In this document: piece after piece, positions 18,454-27,257 of the stretch
Layout: each line of letters begins with the position of its first letter
How positions within the stretch are numbered: the stretch's first letter is position 1
Assembly (NCBI GenBank): GCA_035529935.1
Contig: DATKVT010000048.1
Location: forward strand, 1 to 40,189
DNA: 40,189 nt
Direction: 5' to 3'
Origin: Williamwhitmania sp.
GTDB taxonomy: Bacteria > Bacteroidota > Bacteroidia > Bacteroidales > Williamwhitmaniaceae
Made by a program: the position numbers and the translations under genes
Notes under the pieces: model-generated
What the model saw: only the letters and a program-made list of their open reading frames with translations
Told to the model about the DNA's origin: nothing
The model's database searches: none

Positions 18454-20118
18454 ATGATACTTTCGGTTAATAACCTGACCATTTCATTTCAAAATCAACC
18501 ACATCCGGTGGTTAACAATCTGTCCTTTAACTTGGAAGAGGGAGCATGCCTTGGCATTGTAGGCGAATCTGGTTCAGGAAAATCGTTAACCGCACTTTCG
18601 CTTCTAGGGCTACTACCACCCTCGGCTCAGCGCAGTGGAAATATCTTCTTTAAATGTAACGGCCAAGAACTTAACCTTGCTGAGTTGTCTGCAGCGAAGC
18701 AGCGAGCTATTCGTGGCAAAGAAATCGGCATTATTTTTCAGGAGCCAATGACTGCTCTCAATCCATCCATGAGGTGTGGCAGGCAAGTTGACGAAATTAT
18801 GCAAGAACATCTTGGCCTAAAGCCGAAGGCGGCAAAGGAGCAGACGTTAAAGCTCTTTAGGGAAGTACAGCTCGACAATGCTGAAAAAGCATATAGCAGC
18901 TATCCTCACCAGCTTAGCGGCGGTCAGCGGCAAAGGGTAATGATTGCTATGGCTATTGCCTGCTCACCCACCTTGCTAATTGCCGACGAGCCAACCACCG
19001 CGCTCGATGTTACTATCCAAAAGACCATTCTCGACCTAATTAAGCAACTTCAAAAAAGCAGAAACATTGCCGTGATCTTTATCTCACACGACCTTGGCGT
19101 TATTGCAGAAGTTGCCGAAAAGGTTGTGGTAATGCGCAGGGGAACACTTGTTGAGGAGGGAGAAACAGAACAAATACTTTGCACTCCCAAAATGGAGTAT
19201 ACCCGTGGCCTTATAGCCTGTAGACCAACATTAAAAACCCATTCGGCAAGGTTACCGGTTCTCTCAGAAGGTGGCACCCTAATATTACCGACAAAAGGGG
19301 AGGCCATTTATCGTAAAGAAATACAAAACGAGACACCGCTTATCACCATTAAAAACCTAAGTGTAGCCTACGCAGTTAAACAACCTTTATTTTCCAACGT
19401 CACCTTATTCAATGCTCTAAGCAACATTAACCTTACCATTTATAAAGGAGAAACACTCGGTTTGGTAGGAGAATCCGGCTCCGGAAAGACAACTATTGGA
19501 CGGGCAATAACCATGTTGGTAAAAGCTAGGCAAGGAGAGATTACTTACCGCGGTAAAAGCGTAACGTCGCTCAGAGGTAAAGAATACCAGAGTTTTCGAA
19601 AAAATGTTCAACTCGTTTTTCAAGATCCTTTCTCATCGCTTAACCCAAAGCATACCATTCAAGAGATTCTTGCTGAGCCATTGCGGCTATATAACAAAGA
19701 ACACATGGATGTGAGTAAAAAGGTGCTTGTGCTACTCGATGAGGTGAACTTGTCAAAATCAAGTGCAAAAAAATACCCCCATGAATTTTCGGGGGGTCAG
19801 CGCCAAAGAATCTCTCTCGCCAGAGCCTTAGCGCTTGATCCTGAGTTGATTATTTGCGATGAATCGGTTAGTGCTTTAGACGTATCGGTACAGGCAGGAA
19901 TACTCAATCTTTTAAACCAACTCAAGGAGGAGAAAGGGCTTACCTACCTATTCATTTCCCACGATCTTGCTGTGGTTAAATACATGAGCGACAGAATTGC
20001 AGTGCTTCAGCACGGTGAACTCCAAGAGATTGGTGAGGGTGCTGAAGTATACAGTCACCCTCAAAGCCCCTACACCCAGATGCTTATTGCCTCAATTCCG
20101 GGTGGTCAAAATCCTTAA
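18454..20118 (+). CDS. ABC transporter ATP-binding protein with duplicated ATPase domains (Dpp/Opp/GsiA/YejF-type)
   Basis: Two Walker A motifs ('GESGSGKS', 'GESGSGKT'), two signatures ('LSGGQRQR', 'FSGGQRQR'), two Walker B/D-loops, and an Opp-type C-terminal extension after domain 1 ('TRGLIACRPT'). Start set at the Met of 'MILSVNNLTISF'; the upstream in-frame extension looks spurious. Confidence 0.85.
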   Translation: MILSVNNLTISFQNQPHPVVNNLSFNLEEGACLGIVGESGSGKSLTALSLLGLLPPSAQRSGNIFFKCNGQELNLAELSAAKQRAIRGKEIGIIFQEPMTALNPSMRCGRQVDEIMQEHLGLKPKAAKEQTLKLFREVQLDNAEKAYSSYPHQLSGGQRQRVMIAMAIACSPTLLIADEPTTALDVTIQKTILDLIKQLQKSRNIAVIFISHDLGVIAEVAEKVVVMRRGTLVEEGETEQILCTPKMEYTRGLIACRPTLKTHSARLPVLSEGGTLILPTKGEAIYRKEIQNETPLITIKNLSVAYAVKQPLFSNVTLFNALSNINLTIYKGETLGLVGESGSGKTTIGRAITMLVKARQGEITYRGKSVTSLRGKEYQSFRKNVQLVFQDPFSSLNPKHTIQEILAEPLRLYNKEHMDVSKKVLVLLDEVNLSKSSAKKYPHEFSGGQRQRISLARALALDPELIICDESVSALDVSVQAGILNLLNQLKEEKGLTYLFISHDLAVVKYMSDRIAVLQHGELQEIGEGAEVYSHPQSPYTQMLIASIPGGQNP

Positions 20119-20144
20119 AAAGGTCCATATTCTAAAGGACGTTC

Positions 20145-22490
20145 CTAAAAGAAATCATTCTCCTTCTTGGTTGAAGTTTCAACCGAATCAACCGGACAAT
20201 CAATGTCGACCGTAAGCCCTGCAGGCTTAGTAAAAATGGCTGACCCGTCAATGCCTAAACTAGGATCTGCATATAGTTTCTGCAAGAAAACACCCCAGAT
20301 CGGAAGCGCCATGCTTGCTCCTTGGCCAAGGGTAATTCCCTCGAAGTGAATGGCTCTATCTTCTCCACCAACCCACACGCCACCAACCAAATTTGGCGTT
20401 ATCCCCATAAACCAACCGTCCGATTGGTTTTGAGTAGTACCTGTTTTGCCCGCAAGTTGGCCAGGTAGCTGATATCTATAGCGCAAGCGTCTGCCTGTGC
20501 CGTGGTCAACAACCGCCTGTAACAAATTAATCATGAGGTAAGCTGTTTTTTCGCTAATTGCCTCATACTTGGTAGATTTAAAGGTTGCTAACACATTCCC
20601 ATTCTTATCTTCGATGCGGGTAACATACATAGGTTCTACGTGAATTCCACGATTAGCATACGTGGAGTATGCGCCCACCATTTCGTAGAGAGAAAAATCG
20701 GAAGTGCCCAGGAAGATTGAAACAACGGGATCGATATAACTCTTTATTCCAAGCTTGTGACTAATGTCAACCACATTCTGAGGATTGAACTGCTTCATTA
20801 GCCAAGCAGAAATATTGTTAACCGAATTTGCAAGCCCCCACTTTAAGGTAACCATTCTGCCATCAAATGCAGACTCACCTGAGTTTTTTGGAGTCCATGT
20901 AGAATCACCCACCATAAATGTTTGAGGGACATTCGGGACCTTAAAGCATGGAGAATAGCCTTCCTGCATGGCGAGTGTATACAAAAACGGTTTAATGGTT
21001 GAGCCCACCTGCCGCTTACTCTTCATCACCAGATCGTACTTAAAGTAGCGAAAATTGGGTCCACCAACATAAACCTTAATATAACCAGTATGCGGATCCA
21101 TTGCCATGAATCCCGCGCGCAAGAATCGCTTGTAATACTTAATACTATCAAGCGGCGTAAGAACCGTATCGCGATCTCCCTTCCAAGTGAAAACCGTCAT
21201 GCTGGTTTTTGTGTTAAAGTTCTTCCTGATCTGTTCGTCAGAGAAGCCAGCTTGCGTTAAATTCCAAAATCGGGTCGATTGGCGAACGGCTTGATTTAAA
21301 ATTGCCTGCACTTGCTCCTTGGGCACATCCCTGGCATACACCGGATTGCCCTTGCTTTTTTGTTCCTTATCGAATGCCGGCTGCAGATTTTGTGCCAGAT
21401 GTTCCTTTAACGCATCCTCACCATATTGCTGCATCTTGCTATTGATAGTTGAGTATATTTTTAAACCATCACGATACAGGTTGTATGGTGTGCCGTCGGG
21501 TTTCAAATTCTTATTGCACCAACCGTAAATAGGATTCGTTGCCCACTCGGTAGAGTCTGCCTTAAAAGTATCGTAGGAGTAATAATTTTCGCGCTTTGGC
21601 ATGTTTGCACTCAGAATTAACCGCAGAGTTTCTCTGAAGTAGGTGGCGAGCCCTTCGTTGTGATCCTGAACCTGATAGTGTAGCTGTATTGGTATTTCTT
21701 TCACTGAATCGGCAACAGCATGAGTAATGTAGCCATACCTCGCCATCTTATCAATCACCACATTTCGACGCTCAAGTGACCTATCTGGATTTCGAACCGG
21801 GCTATATCTAGTGGGCGCATTTACAAGCCCAGCAAGCAAGGCTGCCTGTTGAATGTTGAGACTATCGGGCTCTATATTGAAGTAAGTCTTGGCCGCCGAT
21901 TTGATACCGTAGGCTGTCCCTCCAAATGGAACAGTGTTCAGGTACATCGCCAAAATCTCATCCTTTGTGTAGTTCCGCTCTAGCTTCACAGCAGTAACCC
22001 ATTCCTTAAATTTTGCCAATGCAAGATTAACCTTACGGGTAATGCCCCATCGGTAGTAGGTTGTATCGCGAGGGAAAAGATTCTTGGCCAGCTGCTGAGT
22101 AAGTGTTGATCCACCACCAGCTTCCCTATCTCCCATAACTATGGTCTTAACGAGTACTCGAGCCAATCCCCTGAAGTCTATTCCGGAGTGACTGCGGAAC
22201 CGAGCATCTTCAATGGAAATTAAGGCGTTCTCAATATTTGGAGAAAGCTCATCGAAGCTGGTGTATGATCGATTCTCAATGTAGTACTTACCTAAAAGCA
22301 CATTATCTTCTGAATAAACCTCCGATGCAAGATTGCTTTTGGGATTCTCAAGATCCTCAAAAGTAGGCATTGGCCCAAACACTTCAAGCGAAATGAGGGT
22401 GAAAAGAGTGATAATTGCTACCACAGGGAAGATAAGAATTCCCCAAAACCAAAGTAAAAATTTTCTCCTGAATTTATTCGAATTATCCAT
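20145..22490 (-). CDS. mrcA: Penicillin-binding protein 1A (bifunctional glycosyltransferase/transpeptidase)
   Basis: N-terminal TM, GT51 motifs ('EDARFRSHSGID', 'GGSTLTQQLAKN'), transpeptidase 'STIKP', 'SxN', 'KTG'; 781 aa. Confidence 0.9.
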   Translation of the reverse strand: MDNSNKFRRKFLLWFWGILIFPVVAIITLFTLISLEVFGPMPTFEDLENPKSNLASEVYSEDNVLLGKYYIENRSYTSFDELSPNIENALISIEDARFRSHSGIDFRGLARVLVKTIVMGDREAGGGSTLTQQLAKNLFPRDTTYYRWGITRKVNLALAKFKEWVTAVKLERNYTKDEILAMYLNTVPFGGTAYGIKSAAKTYFNIEPDSLNIQQAALLAGLVNAPTRYSPVRNPDRSLERRNVVIDKMARYGYITHAVADSVKEIPIQLHYQVQDHNEGLATYFRETLRLILSANMPKRENYYSYDTFKADSTEWATNPIYGWCNKNLKPDGTPYNLYRDGLKIYSTINSKMQQYGEDALKEHLAQNLQPAFDKEQKSKGNPVYARDVPKEQVQAILNQAVRQSTRFWNLTQAGFSDEQIRKNFNTKTSMTVFTWKGDRDTVLTPLDSIKYYKRFLRAGFMAMDPHTGYIKVYVGGPNFRYFKYDLVMKSKRQVGSTIKPFLYTLAMQEGYSPCFKVPNVPQTFMVGDSTWTPKNSGESAFDGRMVTLKWGLANSVNNISAWLMKQFNPQNVVDISHKLGIKSYIDPVVSIFLGTSDFSLYEMVGAYSTYANRGIHVEPMYVTRIEDKNGNVLATFKSTKYEAISEKTAYLMINLLQAVVDHGTGRRLRYRYQLPGQLAGKTGTTQNQSDGWFMGITPNLVGGVWVGGEDRAIHFEGITLGQGASMALPIWGVFLQKLYADPSLGIDGSAIFTKPAGLTVDIDCPVDSVETSTKKENDFF

Positions 22491-22603
22491 TAGATAGGTG
22501 TTTTCGTAATGCTGCGTAAAAATAGAAAATAATTATTGCAATCTAAATTTTGAAGTTAGTGATGTAATTGATTTACTTTGTGCTGTTCAAAAAAGTTTGG
22601 GGG

Positions 22604-24976
22604 ATGCAGGAAAATTTGGTTATTGTGGAGTCGCCTGCCAAGGCAAAAACGATTGAGAAATTTCTAGGGAAAGGCTTTTTAGTTAAGTCATCGTTTGGCC
22701 ACATTCGTGATTTAACAAAGAATAAGCTAAGTATAGATATTGAAAATAACTTCCAGCCATCATACACAGTTGATGTGGCCAAAAAGAAGGTGGTTGCGGA
22801 GTTAAAAGATCTTGCAGACAAGGCAAAGGTCGTATGGCTAGCCTCCGATGAAGACCGCGAGGGAGAAGCTATTGCTTGGCATTTAAAGGAGGTTCTTGAA
22901 CTTGATCCCCAAAAAACAAAGCGGATTGTTTTCCATGAAATAACCAAGGAGGCCATCTTAAACGCCATCAAAAATCCGCGCGACATTGACCTTAGTTTAG
23001 TGAATGCCCAGCAGGCTAGAAGAATACTAGATCGTTTGGTTGGTTACGAAGTATCACCCATTCTTTGGAAAAAGGTAAAGCCAGGACTTTCCGCAGGAAG
23101 AGTGCAGTCAGTGGCGGTGAGGCTTACTGTTGAAAGGGAGAGAGAAGTGCTCGCCTTTACTCCTGAATCGAACTTTAGAGTGCAAGGACTCTTTGTAGCC
23201 AAAAACGGGGAACTTAAAGCGGAACTCAACAAGCGCTTCAAAGCGGCCAGCGAAACAAAGAAATTTCTTGAGCACTGCATCAGTGCGGCATTTACAGTTA
23301 CCAACGTTGAAAAAAAGCCAACGAAGAAAACACCTGCTCCACCGTTTACGACATCAACCCTCCAGCAGGAAGCCAGTCGCAAGCTGAGTTTTTCCGTTGC
23401 TCAAACCATGACAGTTGCTCAGAAACTCTACGAGGCCGGTTTAATTACATACATGAGAACCGACTCCGTCAACCTTTCTGAAACAGCTCTCCATAGTGCC
23501 AAAGCAGTTGTTGAATCAATGTTTGGTGATAAATACTACCAGCAAAGGCGGTTTAAAACCAAGTCGAAGGGTGCTCAGGAAGCTCACGAAGCAATTAGGC
23601 CAGCATACATGGAGAACCCCTCGGTTGATGGGTCTTCAGCAGAAAGAAGGCTTTACGACCTTATCTGGAAGCGAACCTTGGCCAGCCAGATGGCTGACGC
23701 GTCGCTCGAAAAGACCACGATTACCATTGGTATCTCCAACGCAAAGGAACGATTTGAGGCAACGGGCGAAGTGCTGCTTTTCGACGGCTTTTTAAAGGTA
23801 TACATTGAGGGAACCGATGATGAAAATGAGGATGACGCAACATCGCTCCTCCCAAAGGTTGCAGCTGGAGAGTTATTAACATGCAAAGAAATTATTGCAA
23901 CAGAACGTTTCACACAAAAGCCTCCAAGGTATTCCGAAGCCAGCCTAGTTAAGAAAATGGAAGAGCTGGGCATTGGTCGTCCATCAACCTATGCACCAAC
24001 CATCTCCACCATAATCACAAGAGGTTACGTCCAAAAAGAAGATCGACCCGGAGTTGAACGCACCTATCTTCTGCTTAAACTTACTGGCGGAAAAATATCT
24101 CAAGAAAACAGAGTCGAAACGTTTGGCGCTGAAAAGAGTAAGCTTTTCCCCAGCGATATAGGTATTTTGGTAACCGATTTTCTGACCAAGCATTTTACCT
24201 CAATTTTAAGCTACGATTTTACGGCCAACGTTGAGAAGGATTTCGACGAAATCGCCATAGGTAAGGTTCAGTGGACAAGTATGTTAAAAGATTTTTACAC
24301 ATCTTTTCACAATACAGTTGAAGAAACCACCAAAACTTCACAACCGAGCAAAGGCGAGAAAAAACTTGGTGATGATCCAAAAACGGGAAAGCCAGTTTTT
24401 GTAAGAATTGGAAGGTTTGGACCCATTGCCCAGCTGGGTGAAAGCGAGACTAGCAGTGGCGAGAAACCCCAGTATGCAAGCCTTCAAAAAGGACAACTCA
24501 TTGAATCGATAACCTTGGAGGAAGCGCTCCATCTTTTTGATTTACCCCGCTCTTTAGGGAAGCTCGAAGGAGAAGAAATCTCCACCGCAATTGGACGTTT
24601 TGGCCCATTTGTAAAGCACAAGGCCAAATACTACTCACTCAAGGGAACCGACTATAATCCATACACAATTAATTTTGACGAAGCCGTCAGGCTTATTGCA
24701 GAGAAACAGGTCGAGGAGAAGAATAAAATCATTCAAGAGTTTGCAGACAAGCCCGGGTTGCGTGTTTTAAATGGACGATTTGGACCTTACATTTCGTTCG
24801 AGAAGCAAAACTATAAAATACCCAAAGGCAACGATCCAACGAAGCTTACCCTGGATGAATGCGTTGCAATCATCGAAGCTGCACCCAAGTCAGCCAATGG
24901 TAGCAAAACATCAAAGGCACATAAAGCAGTCAAAACAAAAAAGGCCACAACAACTAAGCCAAAGACTAAAAAATAA
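22604..24976 (+). CDS. topA: DNA topoisomerase I
   Basis: TOPRIM 'LVIVESPAKAKTIEKFLG', catalytic-Tyr region, and three C-terminal 'GRFGP' repeats with a lysine-rich tail. Start set at 'MQENLVIVESP'. Confidence 0.9.
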   Translation: MQENLVIVESPAKAKTIEKFLGKGFLVKSSFGHIRDLTKNKLSIDIENNFQPSYTVDVAKKKVVAELKDLADKAKVVWLASDEDREGEAIAWHLKEVLELDPQKTKRIVFHEITKEAILNAIKNPRDIDLSLVNAQQARRILDRLVGYEVSPILWKKVKPGLSAGRVQSVAVRLTVEREREVLAFTPESNFRVQGLFVAKNGELKAELNKRFKAASETKKFLEHCISAAFTVTNVEKKPTKKTPAPPFTTSTLQQEASRKLSFSVAQTMTVAQKLYEAGLITYMRTDSVNLSETALHSAKAVVESMFGDKYYQQRRFKTKSKGAQEAHEAIRPAYMENPSVDGSSAERRLYDLIWKRTLASQMADASLEKTTITIGISNAKERFEATGEVLLFDGFLKVYIEGTDDENEDDATSLLPKVAAGELLTCKEIIATERFTQKPPRYSEASLVKKMEELGIGRPSTYAPTISTIITRGYVQKEDRPGVERTYLLLKLTGGKISQENRVETFGAEKSKLFPSDIGILVTDFLTKHFTSILSYDFTANVEKDFDEIAIGKVQWTSMLKDFYTSFHNTVEETTKTSQPSKGEKKLGDDPKTGKPVFVRIGRFGPIAQLGESETSSGEKPQYASLQKGQLIESITLEEALHLFDLPRSLGKLEGEEISTAIGRFGPFVKHKAKYYSLKGTDYNPYTINFDEAVRLIAEKQVEEKNKIIQEFADKPGLRVLNGRFGPYISFEKQNYKIPKGNDPTKLTLDECVAIIEAAPKSANGSKTSKAHKAVKTKKATTTKPKTKK

Positions 24977-24978
24977 GA

Positions 24979-26118
24979 ATGAAACTGGAAGATCTATTTG
25001 AACCTGTGAGCAATGCCATTCTTGCCGAGGCATTGCTTCTTCTTCCAGCAACTCTGGGACGATCAATTTTGCCGATTATCCCGGAGGTGACAACTCCCAA
25101 GGACGCAGAGGTGCTTCTTCTTGGTGTATATGACTCATCCAGTGAAACTGCTGTATCGCCTGACGATATCAGGAGGGAACTATACACGCTTTTTGCACCG
25201 GACAACATGCCAAGAATTGGTGACTTAGGGAATATTCCCAAAAATATGAATGCCGCAGAAGTTGATGATTGCCTGCATCGGCTAACAAAGTATTGCCTCA
25301 AAGAAAAGAAAAGCCTAGTTCTAATTTCACCATCGAGGGAAAACGCTACACCTTACTACAAGGTGTTGCAAAAGAACAATGACAATATTGGCGTCACATT
25401 GATAGATTCAAAAATTCCAACGCATGACGTTTCAGCGATAAAAAGTGAAGCCGGACTTTTTTCTCATATCATAGAGAATCCTTCAACGGAGCCGGACTTT
25501 TTGAATATTGTTGGCATTCAAACCTACCTCACCAACCCCGCTGATTTTGACCTTTCAAACAGAATTTTTGTCGAGGTCATTCGTCTTGGTCAACTCCGAA
25601 CCGACATCAAATGTGCAGAACCGCTGCTTCGGGATAGCAATCTTGTGTGCCTCGACTTAAATGCTATCCGCCATGCCGATAATCCTTCAGGTAGATACTC
25701 CGGACCCAACGGGCTCTATGCAGAGGAGGCATGTACCTTAGCAAGGTATGCTGGCTATGCTGACAAGGTTAGCTTTTTTGGCGTTTTTGGCAATTATGAG
25801 AATCGGAGCGATACAATTTCAACCAGCTTGGTAGCCCAGCTTATCTGGCATTTTTTTGACGGGTTTTCAAAAAGGAGGAGTGAATATCCAGCACTCCATA
25901 AGGCTACTCTACAAAAATTTATAGTGAAGGTGGAAAAAAATGGTGAAGATTTAGTTTTCTACAAAAGTAAACAAACCGACCGTTGGTGGATGGAATTACC
26001 CCCAACACCAAAAAAAACACAAAAAAAACTGATTGCCTGTAGTTACGACGAATATCTTGATGCCACTAAGCACGACATCCCATTTCGATGGCTGTTTCAT
26101 TTAAAGAAAAACAGCTAG
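24979..26118 (+). CDS. Arginase/ureohydrolase-fold protein (formiminoglutamase-like) with degenerate metal-binding motifs
   Basis: 379 aa. Spacing and context resemble the three arginase-family motifs: GGDHS, DAHxD and SxDxDxxDP…G appear as 'ISPSRE', 'LIDSKIPTHD' and 'LDLNAIRHADNPSGRYSGPNGL'. Several ligand Asp/His residues are substituted. The start lies only 3 nt after the topA stop. Confidence 0.4.
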   Translation: MKLEDLFEPVSNAILAEALLLLPATLGRSILPIIPEVTTPKDAEVLLLGVYDSSSETAVSPDDIRRELYTLFAPDNMPRIGDLGNIPKNMNAAEVDDCLHRLTKYCLKEKKSLVLISPSRENATPYYKVLQKNNDNIGVTLIDSKIPTHDVSAIKSEAGLFSHIIENPSTEPDFLNIVGIQTYLTNPADFDLSNRIFVEVIRLGQLRTDIKCAEPLLRDSNLVCLDLNAIRHADNPSGRYSGPNGLYAEEACTLARYAGYADKVSFFGVFGNYENRSDTISTSLVAQLIWHFFDGFSKRRSEYPALHKATLQKFIVKVEKNGEDLVFYKSKQTDRWWMELPPTPKKTQKKLIACSYDEYLDATKHDIPFRWLFHLKKNS

Positions 26119-26123
26119 TTGTT

Positions 26124-26137
26124 TTCCATTAATGGAA
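26124..26137. promoter_or_regulatory. 14-bp perfect palindrome TTCCATTAATGGAA upstream of the porP-gldKLMN operon
   Basis: Seen directly: TTCCATTAATGGAA is its own reverse complement. It lies 5 nt after the arginase-like stop and about 130 nt upstream of porP. Confidence 0.3.
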
Positions 26138-26269
26138 CATTTTCAACGCTTTTTAGTAAAACCATCCTAGGTTAATCATTCTCATTCAGCAATTCGTTTT
26201 GAAAATTTGTTGGAGTAATTAATTTTTACTTATTTTACCTTTCAGATGTAAATGTATTGGGGCGTTTGT

Positions 26270-27205
26270 ATGAGAAAGTTTTACCTGTTACAATTTATTC
26301 TTCTTATTACATCGTTGGAAGTAACAGCCCAACAGACTCCGCAATTCAGTCAAAACATGTTTAATCAAATGGCCATTAACCCAGGGTTCGCCGGTAGTTC
26401 GGACATGATATGCGCCACTGCAATTAACAGGCAGCAATGGGTTGGCTTTGCTGGAGCACCAGCAACCACTGTAATTAATGTAAACTCTCCATTCCGATTA
26501 TTCGGTGAGTCACATGGCGCAGGTATTACCGTATACAACGACAAATACGCTTTCAACAATGATATTGATATTAATTTAAATTACGCATACAGGCTAACAC
26601 TAGCAAACGGCAAGCTGGGCATTGGCGTGGCTGCTGGTTTTATAAACCCTTCTCTCAACCCAACATGGAAAGACCCAGAGGGAGGTACGGGCACCGGCGA
26701 TCCAAACATTCCACAACAAAAGGAAAGCGTAATGAGTTTTGACCTTGCTTTTGGTCTCTATTACCAAACTGACAAAATGTATTTTGGCCTATCCGCTCAG
26801 CATTTAAATCAACCAGCACTAAACAAGGCTGTGAATCCATCTGTCTTGAATAGAACCTATTATCTAAGCAGCGGATACAATATGTCACTGCCCAACCCAT
26901 CATTTGAAATCATTCCAAGCATTTTTATAGTAACCGACGGGGTAAGTTCTTCGTTAACGGTAAATACAAATGTTCTCTACAATAAAAGAATCTGGGGCGG
27001 CGTTTCCTATAGGTTAAATGATGCCATCACTGCAATGTTTGGGGTTGAACTTTTCAATGGAGTAAGATTAGGCTACGCTTACGATTATTCTTTATCAGCA
27101 TTAAGCGGGTATAATGATGGTACTCATGAGTTTATGGTTAGTTATAGTTTTACTTTGAAAAAAGAAAAACCACCACAGAGGTACAAGAGTATAAGATTTT
27201 TGTAA
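26270..27205 (+). CDS. porP: Type IX secretion system membrane protein PorP/SprF family
   Basis: Signal peptide, then 'QQTPQFSQNMFNQMAINPGFAG' (the conserved PorP/SprF N-terminal motif); beta-barrel-like alternation; immediately upstream of gldK/porK, as in porPKLMN operons. Start set at 'MRKFYLL'. Confidence 0.75.
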   Translation: MRKFYLLQFILLITSLEVTAQQTPQFSQNMFNQMAINPGFAGSSDMICATAINRQQWVGFAGAPATTVINVNSPFRLFGESHGAGITVYNDKYAFNNDIDINLNYAYRLTLANGKLGIGVAAGFINPSLNPTWKDPEGGTGTGDPNIPQQKESVMSFDLAFGLYYQTDKMYFGLSAQHLNQPALNKAVNPSVLNRTYYLSSGYNMSLPNPSFEIIPSIFIVTDGVSSSLTVNTNVLYNKRIWGGVSYRLNDAITAMFGVELFNGVRLGYAYDYSLSALSGYNDGTHEFMVSYSFTLKKEKPPQRYKSIRFL

Positions 27206-27257
27206 TTTGCACAATACAATTAAGGAAAATTTGTTTTTTGCTCATAACTTTCCGACT

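Noticed and set aside
20119-20144. Possible terminator in the 26-nt gap between the convergent ABC ATPase and mrcA
   Set aside because: Only a weak 4–5-bp imperfect stem and no U-tract; transcripts probably terminate inside the opposing gene or by a factor-dependent mechanism.
24330-24800. Three 'GRFGP' repeats near the 3' end of topA, looked at as a possible tandem repeat or mobile remnant
   Set aside because: These are the native C-terminal repeat domains of bacterial topoisomerase I.
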